The translations under genes were made by a program, and so were the position numbers. A model generated the notes under the pieces. The model was not told the origin of the DNA and made no database searches. It saw nothing but the letters and a program-made list of their open reading frames with translations. Source: Acidimicrobiales bacterium (GTDB lineage: Bacteria; Actinomycetota; Acidimicrobiia; Acidimicrobiales; SHLQ01). From it: a stretch of DNA of 58,054 bases. The stretch lies in assembly GCA_004282895.1 (NCBI GenBank), contig SHLQ01000001.1, positions 1 through 58,054 of the forward strand. Direction: 5' to 3'. Of the stretch, positions 42,402 through 51,934 are shown piece after piece (the stretch's first letter is position 1; each line of letters begins with the position of its first letter).

Positions 42402-43501
42402 TCGTCGCTGAACCGTTGCTGTAGCCGCGAGTGTCGGCGCTCGAGCCGCTCGATGAGCTGCTCCTGACGGGAGACAGCGGCCTGGAGGCGAGGTCCTTCC
42501 CCGTCGCCGTCGACGTTGGACAGGTCCTGTTGAAGCTCCGCCAGCGTGGTGTGTGCCTCGGCGAGTTCGGCCTTCGTTGACTCGATCCGACCGGCAGCCT
42601 CAGCCTTGTCGAAGACACGATCTTCGGCGGTCCGGCGATATCCGGTCACCGCGGGAGCGGCCACCTGATGGGGCAAAACCGGGTCGCTATCGACGGCACG
42701 CCGAGCAACGTACATGGGCGACATGATTTCGATCCCGGCCTCGCTCAGACAGTCGAGAATTGCCCCACGGAGTTTCGATCGGGTCACCACCAGCGATCGA
42801 GGATCCTCGAGAAACCCAGCGATTCGATACGAGACGGAGTAGTCGCCGAGATCGACGACCTGGACGAATGGTTCGAGAAGCCCAGCGGCAAGGCCCGCCT
42901 CGACGAACAGCTCCTCCAGTTGATGGCGGGACACGTCGTAGCCGATCGACGCATTCGCCGACACGATCGTTCCGGAGCTGCGAACAACCCGAACCGGTTC
43001 ATTGACCATGAGGGAGTTCGGGAGGGTGATCAGGTCGCGGTCGGTCGATTGAATCTCCGTGTGGAAGAGATCGAGCTCGCTCACACGGCCGAGGTGGCCG
43101 GCGACCTCGATGAAGTCGCCCGGTTTGAAGGAGCCAACGCTGCGCAACATCAGCCCGGCCATGGCGTTGGCGATGATCGATTGGGAGGAAATGGCGAGGG
43201 CGCCGGTGACCACAAGGCCAACCACACTCAGCGCCAGATCGGAATCCGAGCCGTCGGGGAGCGCAAAGATCAGTGCGACGATGCCAACCAGCACTGCGCC
43301 GGCGGTGGCGACCTGCACCCGAAACGTGCTGTCCGACGGGTCCTTGGCCTGCGTGCGCTTGACCAGCCATCGCACAACCCAGACGAGCAGGATCGTGACG
43401 ACGACGGTGATGGCGAGGGGGATCCACGGGCTGATCCGATCCCAGACGTCGCCGACGGCGAGGAGCGGCCTCACTACAGGATTCTCCGGTCGGCGGCCCA
43501 C
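42398..43501 (-). CDS. MscS-family mechanosensitive channel with C-terminal coiled-coil tail
   Basis: IANAMAGLMLRSVGSFKPGDFIEVAGHLGRVSELDLFHTEIQ matches the MscS beta-domain pattern. The track start (GTG 43501) overlaps the regulator gene by 28 nt. An alternative GTG at 43474 gives a TAGTG junction. Confidence 0.8.
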   Translation of the reverse strand: MGRRPENPVVRPLLAVGDVWDRISPWIPLAITVVVTILLVWVVRWLVKRTQAKDPSDSTFRVQVATAGAVLVGIVALIFALPDGSDSDLALSVVGLVVTGALAISSQSIIANAMAGLMLRSVGSFKPGDFIEVAGHLGRVSELDLFHTEIQSTDRDLITLPNSLMVNEPVRVVRSSGTIVSANASIGYDVSRHQLEELFVEAGLAAGLLEPFVQVVDLGDYSVSYRIAGFLEDPRSLVVTRSKLRGAILDCLSEAGIEIMSPMYVARRAVDSDPVLPHQVAAPAVTGYRRTAEDRVFDKAEAAGRIESTKAELAEAHTTLAELQQDLSNVDGDGEGPRLQAAVSRQEQLIERLERRHSRLQQRFSDD

Positions 43502-44109
43502 CGAGTGAGTTCGTTTCGATTTGAGAGTTGCAGCTTGCGCAACACTGCGCTCGCATGGGACTCGACCGTCTTGATCGAGATCGTGAGCCGGCGTGCGATC
43601 TCCTTGTAGGCGTAGCCGCGGGCCAGCAAACGCATGACTTCCTGCTCCCGAGCGGTCAGTTGGTCGAGTTCGGGATCAATCGCCGGCGACTCGAGTTCGG
43701 TCGAGAACGCATCGAGCACAAATCCGGCAAGGCGAGGGGAGAAGACGGCGTCTCCGTCGGCGACGCGGCGGACGGCATCGGTGAGTCCGGCGCCATCGGT
43801 GGCCTTGGTGATGTAGCCACGAGCGCCAGCTCGGATGACCTTGATGACATCCTCCGCCGCATCCGAAACGGACAACGCGAGGAACACGGTCGTGACCCCT
43901 CGTTCGACAGCGCCAGCGATGACCAGGTCGGCGGTCCCGCTGGGCAGGTGTACATCACACACCACCACGTCGGGCTTCTCCCGGACGATGACATCGATGG
44001 CTTCGGGAACATCGCCGGCCTCACCCACGATGGTGAATGACGTCTCGAGTTCGGCTCGGACCCCCGCGCGCACGAGCGCATGGTCGTCGACAAGAACGAG
44101 GCGGGTCAT
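43474..44109 (-). CDS. NarL/LuxR-family two-component response regulator
   Basis: The receiver is LVLVDDHALVRAGV...VVVCDVHLP. The LuxR HTH is LTAREQEVMRLLARGYAYKEIARRLTISIKTVESH. Confidence 0.9.
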   Translation of the reverse strand: MTRLVLVDDHALVRAGVRAELETSFTIVGEAGDVPEAIDVIVREKPDVVVCDVHLPSGTADLVIAGAVERGVTTVFLALSVSDAAEDVIKVIRAGARGYITKATDGAGLTDAVRRVADGDAVFSPRLAGFVLDAFSTELESPAIDPELDQLTAREQEVMRLLARGYAYKEIARRLTISIKTVESHASAVLRKLQLSNRNELTRWAADRRIL

Positions 44110-45344
44110 GGCGAGGCCTGCAAGGAGCGAAGGGGGAGTTCGAGCTCAACCTCTGTGCCTTCGCCGACAACACTGTGGATCACCGCTTTGCCTCCTGCTC
44201 GTTCCATTCGCGCCACGATTGATTCTCGCACGCCCTGACGGGACTCCTCGATGATGGCGGGATCGAACCCGATGCCTGTGTCGCGCACGAACACGGACAA
44301 CGTCGTCGCGCTGCGTTCGGCGAACACATCGATGGTGGGGGACTCGGCGTGGGCGGCCGCGTTGCGAATGGCCTCCCGGGTGGCTGCGATGAGTTCGTCG
44401 AGTACCCGGCTGGGGGCCAGATCCTCGGTGTCGCCCGCGGTCACAACTTCGATGCGGGTATCGAACGCCTCCTCGATCTCCGTGGCGATTCGCTCGATTT
44501 CGGTACCGAGACGCGTGAGACCAGCGCCCGACGGGGCGGCGCCGTAGAGCCAGTTGCGGAGCTCTCGCTCCTGTTGGCGCGCCAGGTGAGCGGTGCGTTG
44601 TGGGTCGTCGCTGTGGCGTTGGATCAACGAGAGCGTTTGCAACACGCTGTCGTGCAGATGCGCAGAGATACGGGCGCGTTCGTCGGAGCGGATGCGGTTG
44701 AGGCGCTCGTCATCAAGGTCGTGAGCCATACGCACGACCGATGGAGCCGCGACGAGGGTGATTCCCGAGAGGATTGCCAGGCCGAAGATCACGCCGATCA
44801 CGGTATTGACGAGGTTGTACTGCAGGGCGGTGAAGGCGAGGATGCCGCCGACGGCGACCACGAGTCCGGCGACGACACGCACCACCGCGTTCAGCCCTCC
44901 GGCTTCCCTCGTTGTGCGCGACCACGCGATAAGCGCCCCGGTGAGCACGAACCCGACCGGCCACACGATGTTGTCGAAGACGTTGGAGGTGAACGGTCGA
45001 AACAGCAGCAGTAGTCCGAGCGTGACCAATCCAACGCCGAGGTGACGGTGTACCGACGTTGCTCCCTTGGGTGTGGGGCGATACGGACTGATCTGTTCAG
45101 GGCTCACCACCGCCAGCAGCGCCCATGCCAGGGCGTACAGCACGAGGCCCCATCCGCCGACGAGGATCAGCACGACAAATGCGACTCGTAGGACCATCGG
45201 CTGTACCCCAACCTCGCGGGCGATGGCGGCCGCGACCCCGCCAACCCACCGATCGGTGCGGTTGATGCGCGGTACTTGCCACAGCGGCGCGGTCGTGACC
45301 TGTGTCATCCGTCCATCATCGCAGCTTCTCCGGGCCTTCCACAT
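44106..45344 (-). CDS. PspC-domain-containing sensor histidine kinase (HisKA_3 type)
   Basis: The N-terminal PspC-like segment is RWVGGVAAAIAREVGVQPMVLRVAFVVLILVGGWGLVLYALAWALL. It has multiple TMs, the H-box ISAHLHDSVLQTL and the ATPase motif FVRDTGIGFD. An alternative ATG lies at 45308. Confidence 0.85.
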   Translation of the reverse strand: MWKARRSCDDGRMTQVTTAPLWQVPRINRTDRWVGGVAAAIAREVGVQPMVLRVAFVVLILVGGWGLVLYALAWALLAVVSPEQISPYRPTPKGATSVHRHLGVGLVTLGLLLLFRPFTSNVFDNIVWPVGFVLTGALIAWSRTTREAGGLNAVVRVVAGLVVAVGGILAFTALQYNLVNTVIGVIFGLAILSGITLVAAPSVVRMAHDLDDERLNRIRSDERARISAHLHDSVLQTLSLIQRHSDDPQRTAHLARQQERELRNWLYGAAPSGAGLTRLGTEIERIATEIEEAFDTRIEVVTAGDTEDLAPSRVLDELIAATREAIRNAAAHAESPTIDVFAERSATTLSVFVRDTGIGFDPAIIEESRQGVRESIVARMERAGGKAVIHSVVGEGTEVELELPLRSLQASP

Positions 45345-45447
45345 CAGGGTGGGGCCCTGAGCCGACCCCGAGATGCAGGGGAAGATCAGGGTCCAATGGG
45401 GGCATCACCCAATAGTCTTCGGGGGCTGCGGTCGTGAAGATGACAGC

Positions 45448-46572
45448 ATGGAAAACAACACGAACGAAAATGACATCACTACCGAACCAGATGATGCAGA
45501 GACGGACACGGATCTGATGGTTGACACCAATCGATGGGAAGAAGAGGCGGACCCGCCGCTCGAGGACGAACCACCCCCACCGATTGCCGCTCCAGTGTAC
45601 AACGCCACGCGCCAGCTCGTGCGGGATCCGTACGCACGCTTGGGTGGCGTGGCGTCCGGCATCGCCCACCGACTCGGATGGGACACCTCGCTCATACGCC
45701 TCGCATTCGTCGTACTGACCTTCATGAGCGCCGGGTTCTTCATCCTGATCTATCTGCTTGCGTGGATGATCATTCCCCGCGCCGAGTACTGGCCGCCATC
45801 AACGACGGGTGAGCCGCGGGAACGGATCAGCCAACGTGATCTCGGGATCGGTCTCGCTGCAATCGGCATCCTGCTCGCGATTGCCTGGGGCGCCGGAAGC
45901 TTCGGCGCCGTCTTGTTGCCACTGCTCATGATCGGTGGCGGCGTCCTGCTGCTCACGCAGAACCCACGTCCTGTCGAGTCCTTCTCCGCGCCCGTGTCCG
46001 AACCGGAAACACAGCCGGCCGACGTGGACGGAGGGGACGGCGGAACCCCGCCTCCACTCGACAACCGGTCACCGTTGGGCCAGCCGGTTCCGCCACGCCC
46101 CAAGAGCCGGCGGCGCGGGTTGAAGATCTTCGGCGCCCTCTTCGCAGTATTCCTGCTCCTTCTTGTCATCGTGCCCCTCGTGGTCGTCCTTTCCGTCACT
46201 GGCGGAGACCTCGACTTCGACAACTCGGGCACGATCGAAAGGACCCCGCTGGACGTCGATTCGATTCCGGCCACTCTTTCGGCCGACGGTGCCGAGATCA
46301 TCCTCGACCTGCGGGAGCTCGAACCCGAGATGTTCGACGACCTCGAGACACCGGTGGACGTTGCCATCGACGTCGATTTCGGGCGTATCGAAGTGATTGT
46401 GCCCTCCGATGTCGCGGTGATGGGTGAGGCCGACGCCGACTTTGGTGCCATCAAGGTCTTCGGCGAAGAGCAAGACGGGCTTTCGACCGACCTCGACTTT
46501 GGGACGGACGACGCGTTGATCGATCTCGAGCTCGACATGAACTTCGGTGAGATCGTGGTTCGCCGCGGCTGA
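45448..46572 (+). CDS. PspC-domain membrane protein (divergent partner of the kinase operon)
   Basis: ATG at 45448 (MENNTNEND...). The PspC domain is RLGGVASGIAHRLGWDTSLIRLAFVVLTFMSAGFFILIYLLAWMIIP. It has extra TMs and an acidic C-terminal domain. Confidence 0.8.
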   Translation: MENNTNENDITTEPDDAETDTDLMVDTNRWEEEADPPLEDEPPPPIAAPVYNATRQLVRDPYARLGGVASGIAHRLGWDTSLIRLAFVVLTFMSAGFFILIYLLAWMIIPRAEYWPPSTTGEPRERISQRDLGIGLAAIGILLAIAWGAGSFGAVLLPLLMIGGGVLLLTQNPRPVESFSAPVSEPETQPADVDGGDGGTPPPLDNRSPLGQPVPPRPKSRRRGLKIFGALFAVFLLLLVIVPLVVVLSVTGGDLDFDNSGTIERTPLDVDSIPATLSADGAEIILDLRELEPEMFDDLETPVDVAIDVDFGRIEVIVPSDVAVMGEADADFGAIKVFGEEQDGLSTDLDFGTDDALIDLELDMNFGEIVVRRG

Positions 46573-46614
46573 GGCCTCCCGGGCAACCACCTGGCCAACG
46601 CATAGGGTTCTGTC

Positions 46615-47709
46615 ATGATGAAACGCACCGCGCTTCTCATGGCAGGACTCTTGTTCGTTTTCGGGTGTGCGTCGGATGATGGCGACTCGATCGGAGCGCC
46701 GACCTCGACGACGGCAGCCACGAGCACCACGGTGGTCGAGGCAGACCCGGTGGACGCGACGTTGGCTGAAACGGTCGAGGAACCGACCACAACCACGACG
46801 ACCAGCGCTCCGCCAGCGGCGTTTCCCACCGATGCCTGCGATTCGCAGCCGTCAGTGCGCATCGGTATCACGTCGGAGACGATCGTTTCCGGCGGTCTCG
46901 AATACATGACGCAGTGGAGCGTGCCCAGTTCCTACGACGGTTCCCCGCTTCCCGTGGTGCTCGACTTCCACGGGATTGGCAGCAATGGATCGCAACAATC
47001 GCTCTTCAGCGGTATCGGGCCACTGGCCGAACGCGAAGGATTCGTGGCCGTGCATCCCACCGGGCTTTCGACCCCCACTGATGACCGGGCGTCATGGGAG
47101 CTTCCACAGTTCGACAGTGATGATCGCGATGACGTGCAGTTCGTCCGTGACCTGCTCGACACCTTGACCTCGAATGTGTGCATTGACCAGGAACGGGTCT
47201 ACGCGGCCGGAATGTCCAACGGCGGATTCTTCACGTCGGTGATGGTGTGTGAGCTGAGCGAACGGATCGCCGCCGCGGTCTCCGTCGCGGGGGTGACCCA
47301 CGATGATTCGTGTGAACCGGCAGAACCCGTGCCGTATCTCGCCTTCCACGGTGTCGACGATTCGGTCGTCCCCTTCGACGGCAGCGGCGTCTCCACGCTG
47401 CCCGGGGCCGAGGTGGCCGGTGCGTTCTTCGAGCAGGTCCCCAAGGAGGAGTTCGCCGAGTTCGCCGCCGACTTCGGCTGTGGGACGAGTGCGGATACCG
47501 CCGTGTCGGATCTGGTGACGCGCACCACCTTCGGCGGTTGCGCCGATGATGTCGAGGTGGCATTTTATACGATCACCGATGGCGGGCATACCTGGCCGGG
47601 GTCGGTCGTGTCCCAGTCGATCGCGGCCCTGGGTGTCACCAACACGGACATCGACGCCACCCAACTCGCCTGGGATTTCTTCGTTCGTTCCACGTCCGCA
47701 GCGGACTAG
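46615..47709 (+). CDS. Lipoprotein esterase of the PHB-depolymerase/LpqC-like alpha/beta-hydrolase family
   Basis: Lipobox LFVFGC and a Thr-rich linker. Motifs are PVVLDFHGIGSNG, the nucleophile elbow GMSNGG, and DGGHTWPG. Confidence 0.75.
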   Translation: MMKRTALLMAGLLFVFGCASDDGDSIGAPTSTTAATSTTVVEADPVDATLAETVEEPTTTTTTSAPPAAFPTDACDSQPSVRIGITSETIVSGGLEYMTQWSVPSSYDGSPLPVVLDFHGIGSNGSQQSLFSGIGPLAEREGFVAVHPTGLSTPTDDRASWELPQFDSDDRDDVQFVRDLLDTLTSNVCIDQERVYAAGMSNGGFFTSVMVCELSERIAAAVSVAGVTHDDSCEPAEPVPYLAFHGVDDSVVPFDGSGVSTLPGAEVAGAFFEQVPKEEFAEFAADFGCGTSADTAVSDLVTRTTFGGCADDVEVAFYTITDGGHTWPGSVVSQSIAALGVTNTDIDATQLAWDFFVRSTSAAD

Positions 47710-47757
47710 GCCACACGACACACCCAGAAGTGGTGGTTCACAGACCAGAATGGGGTT

Positions 47758-48735
47758 ATGGGCGTATTCGCTGATCTTCTCGACACCAAAAAGACGCTGC
47801 TGGTTGACGGCGCGATGGGCACCGAGCTCTTTGCCCGAGGGCTCACCGCGGGTGATCCGCCCGAGATGTGGAACATCGATATGCCCGACAAGGTCACGTC
47901 GGTCCACACGGGATACATCGACGCCGGCTCGGACATCATTCTGACGAATTCGTTCGGTGGAACCTCGTTTCGCCTCAAGCTCCACAACCTGGCGGAACGC
48001 GCCGTCGAGCTGAACGCGGCCGCCGCCCGGGTTGCTCGCGCGGCCGCCGACAAAGCCGACCGCACGGTCGTCGTCGCCGGTTCCATGGGGCCTTCGGGCG
48101 AGTTGATGGCTCCGCTGGGCGAGATGACCCCCGGAACCGCACGCACCGCATTCGCGGAGCAGGCGAAGGGTTTGGCCGAGGGCGGCGCCGATGTGCTGTG
48201 GATTGAAACGATGTCGAGCCTCGATGAGGTCGCAGCTGCGGTTGAAGGCGCACGAATCGTCACCGATCTTCCCATCGCCGCGACAATGAGTTTCGACACC
48301 GCCGGTCGCACCATGATGGGTGTCACCGGCGCTGAAGCCGCTACCCGCATGATCGACCTCGGATTGGTTGCCATCGGTGCCAACTGTGGCAACAACATCG
48401 CCGAGACCGAGTCCGCCGTGGCCGAGATCCGCTCGGGTGCAGGTGACGTTCCGGTGATCGTGAAAGCGAACGCCGGTGTTCCCGAGTTCAAGGGTGAGTC
48501 GCTGACCTACACGGGGACTCCTGAGGTCATGGGCGCCCACGTCAAGCGGATGATGGACCTCGGGGTAACGATCATCGGTGGCTGTTGTGGTACGTCGACC
48601 GAACATCTCGCCTACATGCGTGGTGTGGTCGATGGCGACATCGCTGCGCCCGACGTTGACGCACCCGGCCCGAAAGTGGTCGCCGCAGGCGCAGGTCGCG
48701 ATCGCACCCGGCGCCGTTCCCGCCGTCGGGGTTAG
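47758..48735 (+). CDS. Homocysteine S-methyltransferase family protein
   Basis: LLVDGAMGTELFARGL, ILTNSFGG and the zinc-site motif IIGGCCGTS; 325 aa. Confidence 0.85.
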   Translation: MGVFADLLDTKKTLLVDGAMGTELFARGLTAGDPPEMWNIDMPDKVTSVHTGYIDAGSDIILTNSFGGTSFRLKLHNLAERAVELNAAAARVARAAADKADRTVVVAGSMGPSGELMAPLGEMTPGTARTAFAEQAKGLAEGGADVLWIETMSSLDEVAAAVEGARIVTDLPIAATMSFDTAGRTMMGVTGAEAATRMIDLGLVAIGANCGNNIAETESAVAEIRSGAGDVPVIVKANAGVPEFKGESLTYTGTPEVMGAHVKRMMDLGVTIIGGCCGTSTEHLAYMRGVVDGDIAAPDVDAPGPKVVAAGAGRDRTRRRSRRRG

Positions 48736-49922
48736 TTCACGTTCGACAATCGCTCGATGGCGGCGTCCAGCACGTCGTCCTTTTTGCAGAACGCGAACCG
48801 AATGAGCGAACGGCCCGCTTCCTTCGTCTGGTAGAACACCTCGCTCGGCACCGCGACCACACCCGCGGCCTCGGGCAGAGCCAGGCAGAACTCGATGCTG
48901 GTGGCGGGCAGGTTATGGGCAGCGGCGAACGACGTGATGTTGGCGGAGAGGAAGTACGTGCCTTGCGTCGGGACGACGTCGAACCCGGCCGCGAGCAGAC
49001 CAGCCGACAACCGATCGCGCTTCGCCAGGAGCTCGTTCCGGAGCCCCGCGAAGTAGGCATCGGGAAGACGAAGGCCCATGGCGACGGCGGGCTGTAGCGG
49101 CGCTGCGTTCACGAAGGTCAGGAACTGTTTTGCGGTCATGGCCGCGGCTCGCAGTTCGGACGGGGCGGTGATCCACCCGACCTTCCATCCCGTGAACGAG
49201 AACGTCTTTCCGGCGGACCCGATCGTGATGGTTCGTTCCCTCATCTCCGGCAGCGACGCGATCGGGAGATGTGGGCCAGTGAACGTCATGTGTTCGTAGA
49301 CCTCGTCGGAAACGACGACGAGATCGTATTCGATCGCGACCGCGGCGATGGCACGCAACTCCTCTTCGCTGAAGACCTTGCCGGTGGGATTGTGCGGCGT
49401 GTTCAGAAGCAGGAGCCGGGAGTTGGGAGTGACCGCTCCCCGGAGCGCGTCGACATCGAGTTCGTACGCCGGCGCCTCGAGAATCACCGGTACCAGCGTG
49501 GCGCCAGCCATGGCGATCGTGGCGGCGTAGGAGTCGTAGGTGGGCTCGAACACGATGACTTCATCGCCGTGATCGCAGAGTGCAATGATCGACGCGGCGA
49601 TTGCCTCGGTGGCACCCGCGGTGACGAGCACCTCGGTGTCCGGGTCGTAGGACAGCCCGTAGAAGCGTTGCTGGTGTTCGGCAACCGCCGCCCGCAGGTC
49701 GGGTTGACCCGGCAGCGGCGGATATTGATTGGGACCGTTGCGCACACATTCGGCGGCAATGTCCGCAATTTCCACCGGGCCGTCGGTGTCGGGGAAACCC
49801 TGACCCAGGTTGATACTTTCCGTGCGAAGCGCCAACGCGCTCATCTCGGCGAAGATCGTGGTGCCGAACCCCTGGAGCCGCGGATTCCGCAATGCTTCGA
49901 CCATACGAGCCAAGTCTGCCAC
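48732..49922 (-). CDS. Class I/II PLP-dependent aminotransferase (YbdL/DapC/kynurenine-aminotransferase-like)
   Basis: INLGQGFPDTDGP; GSAGKTFSFTGWKVGW contains the PLP lysine; 396 aa. Confidence 0.85.
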   Translation of the reverse strand: MADLARMVEALRNPRLQGFGTTIFAEMSALALRTESINLGQGFPDTDGPVEIADIAAECVRNGPNQYPPLPGQPDLRAAVAEHQQRFYGLSYDPDTEVLVTAGATEAIAASIIALCDHGDEVIVFEPTYDSYAATIAMAGATLVPVILEAPAYELDVDALRGAVTPNSRLLLLNTPHNPTGKVFSEEELRAIAAVAIEYDLVVVSDEVYEHMTFTGPHLPIASLPEMRERTITIGSAGKTFSFTGWKVGWITAPSELRAAAMTAKQFLTFVNAAPLQPAVAMGLRLPDAYFAGLRNELLAKRDRLSAGLLAAGFDVVPTQGTYFLSANITSFAAAHNLPATSIEFCLALPEAAGVVAVPSEVFYQTKEAGRSLIRFAFCKKDDVLDAAIERLSNVN

Positions 49923-49933
49923 TCTGGTGGCCT

Positions 49934-51934
49934 GTGACTCGAACCAACTCCTTGATTGTCGGTGTGGACACGGGCGGCACCTATACCGACGCGGTTCTCC
50001 TCGACGCCATGTCTATGGAGGTTCTTTCGTCGGCGAAGGCGCTCACCACCAGGGGTGACCTCTCCGTGGGTGTGTCGAACGCGTTGGATCTGATCAGCGA
50101 AGGTCTGGATCCGGCTGCGGTCGCGTTGGTGTCGGTTTCGACGACACTCGCCACGAATGCGGTGGTGGAAGGGCACGGCAGCCCCGTGCTGGTCGTTCTG
50201 GTCGGGTTCGACGCCGCCATGCTGGAGCGAAGCGGTATTCAGTCGGCGTTCAACGACGTGATCATCGAGCAGGTCGATGGAGGCCACGACCATCATGGCA
50301 ACGAGCAGGTGCCCCTTGACCTCGACGCGCTGCGCCACATCCTGTTGGCCCGGGAGTCGAAGGTGCGGGCCGTCGCGGTGGCGGCGCCTTTTGCGGTCCG
50401 GAACCCCACCCATGAGCTGCAGGTCCGCGATCTCGTCACGGAGACGACGAAGTTGCCGGTGACCATCTCGAGCGAGCTCTCAGAATCACTCGATGCACCA
50501 AGGCGGGCGCTTACCGCAGTGTTGAATGCGCGTCTGCTTTCGAAGATCGCCGACCTGGTCTCGGCGGTCGGTCGGTCGGTCGAGGCGCTGGGAATCACTG
50601 CGCCGGTCACGATCGCGAAAGGTGATGGGTCGCTGGCCGTGGCCGATGCGGTCGCCCGACGTCCGATCGAAACGATCCTGTCCGGTCCGGCCGCCTCGAT
50701 GATCGGGGCGGGTGTACTTTCGAATCGAACCGATTTCCTCCTGAGTGATATCGGCGGCACTACAACCGACGTCGGCCAGTCGATCGACGGCCGGCCCTTG
50801 CTCGCCCCGCAGGGGGCGATGGTTGGCGGGTGGCGCACCATGGTGCGGGCGATCGACGTGCGTACGACCGGCCTTGGTGGCGACAGCAGTGTCACGACCG
50901 ATGGAGATCGGGTTGCGGTTGGGCCGCGACGGTCGGTTCCGATCTCACTGCTGGGGGTCGATCACCCGTCGGTCACCACCCGGCTGCGGGCGGAGTTGGC
51001 CGACCCCGAGTCCCGTGAGCTCGCGGCCCTGTTCGTGCTTCGTCCCATAGGCGCGACCGATACACGACTGGAGTTCACCAGCGTCGAACAGCGGGTGTTC
51101 GATCGCATCGGTACGGAACCGATCTCGATCGCGCAGGCCACCTCAGGCACCGTCGAACGCCGGGTGCTGGACGGATTGGCCGAACGCGGCATGGTGCAGC
51201 TGGCCGGGTTCACGCCCTCCGATGCGGCGCATGTGCTCGGGATACAGGAGAACTGGTCGATGGAGGCCGCTACGGCCGCCGCAGAGGTGATGGCGTGGTA
51301 CACCGGGTTGGCGGTGGAGGACTTCTGTCAGCGGGTCTGGTCCGAGACGGTGCGCCGAAGTGCGCTGGCAGTACTCGAGGTGGCGGTTGGGGACGGGTTG
51401 GCCGCACCCACATCTGATCCCGTGATCTCCGCCGCCGTCGACGGGCGGGGGACACTCGGCCGCACGAGGATCTCGATCGCGCCGACGGATCCCGTCGTTG
51501 CGGTCGGTGGACCGGCCGGCGTCTACTACCCCGAGGTGGCGGCGCGGCTTTCGGCCGAGCTCATCCTCCCGGAGCAGTTCGCCGTGGCCAACGCCGTCGG
51601 GGCAGCGGCGGGGTATCTGGCGGCCCACAGCACCACGGAGGTGCACACCGACGGCCCGGGATTGTTCCGTGTGGTCACCCACCACGGAGTGGAGACCGCA
51701 ACCGATGCCAGCGACGCCCTTGCGACCGCCCATCAGCGGGCGGAGGAGATCGCGCGGGCCGAACTCGCTGCGCTGGCAACGGGGCTTCCTGCGATTGGTG
51801 ACACCCACATTCGCACAGAGGTCGAACGCCACGACGCGCCGGATTCGGTGGCCGACGAAGGTCTGTACTTCGCGCGGGTATTCACCGAGGTACGTGCTCG
51901 TCCATTCGCTGTGGACGCTACGATGTCCACATGA
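49934..51934 (+). CDS. Hydantoinase/oxoprolinase (HyuA-like) family protein
   Basis: GTG at 49934 (VTRTNSLIVGVDTGGTYTDAVLLD). The second ASKHA-type motif is LLSDIGGTTTDV. The stop overlaps the next start (ATGA). Confidence 0.8.
   Translation: MTRTNSLIVGVDTGGTYTDAVLLDAMSMEVLSSAKALTTRGDLSVGVSNALDLISEGLDPAAVALVSVSTTLATNAVVEGHGSPVLVVLVGFDAAMLERSGIQSAFNDVIIEQVDGGHDHHGNEQVPLDLDALRHILLARESKVRAVAVAAPFAVRNPTHELQVRDLVTETTKLPVTISSELSESLDAPRRALTAVLNARLLSKIADLVSAVGRSVEALGITAPVTIAKGDGSLAVADAVARRPIETILSGPAASMIGAGVLSNRTDFLLSDIGGTTTDVGQSIDGRPLLAPQGAMVGGWRTMVRAIDVRTTGLGGDSSVTTDGDRVAVGPRRSVPISLLGVDHPSVTTRLRAELADPESRELAALFVLRPIGATDTRLEFTSVEQRVFDRIGTEPISIAQATSGTVERRVLDGLAERGMVQLAGFTPSDAAHVLGIQENWSMEAATAAAEVMAWYTGLAVEDFCQRVWSETVRRSALAVLEVAVGDGLAAPTSDPVISAAVDGRGTLGRTRISIAPTDPVVAVGGPAGVYYPEVAARLSAELILPEQFAVANAVGAAAGYLAAHSTTEVHTDGPGLFRVVTHHGVETATDASDALATAHQRAEEIARAELAALATGLPAIGDTHIRTEVERHDAPDSVADEGLYFARVFTEVRARPFAVDATMST

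Noticed and set aside
45750-48606. Minus-strand ORFs of 385 aa (45750-46907) and 504 aa (47092-48606), and a 261-aa ORF (47706-48491).
   Set aside because: They are antisense to the PspC-domain, esterase and homocysteine methyltransferase genes. They are Ser/Arg/Pro/Gly-rich low-complexity translations.
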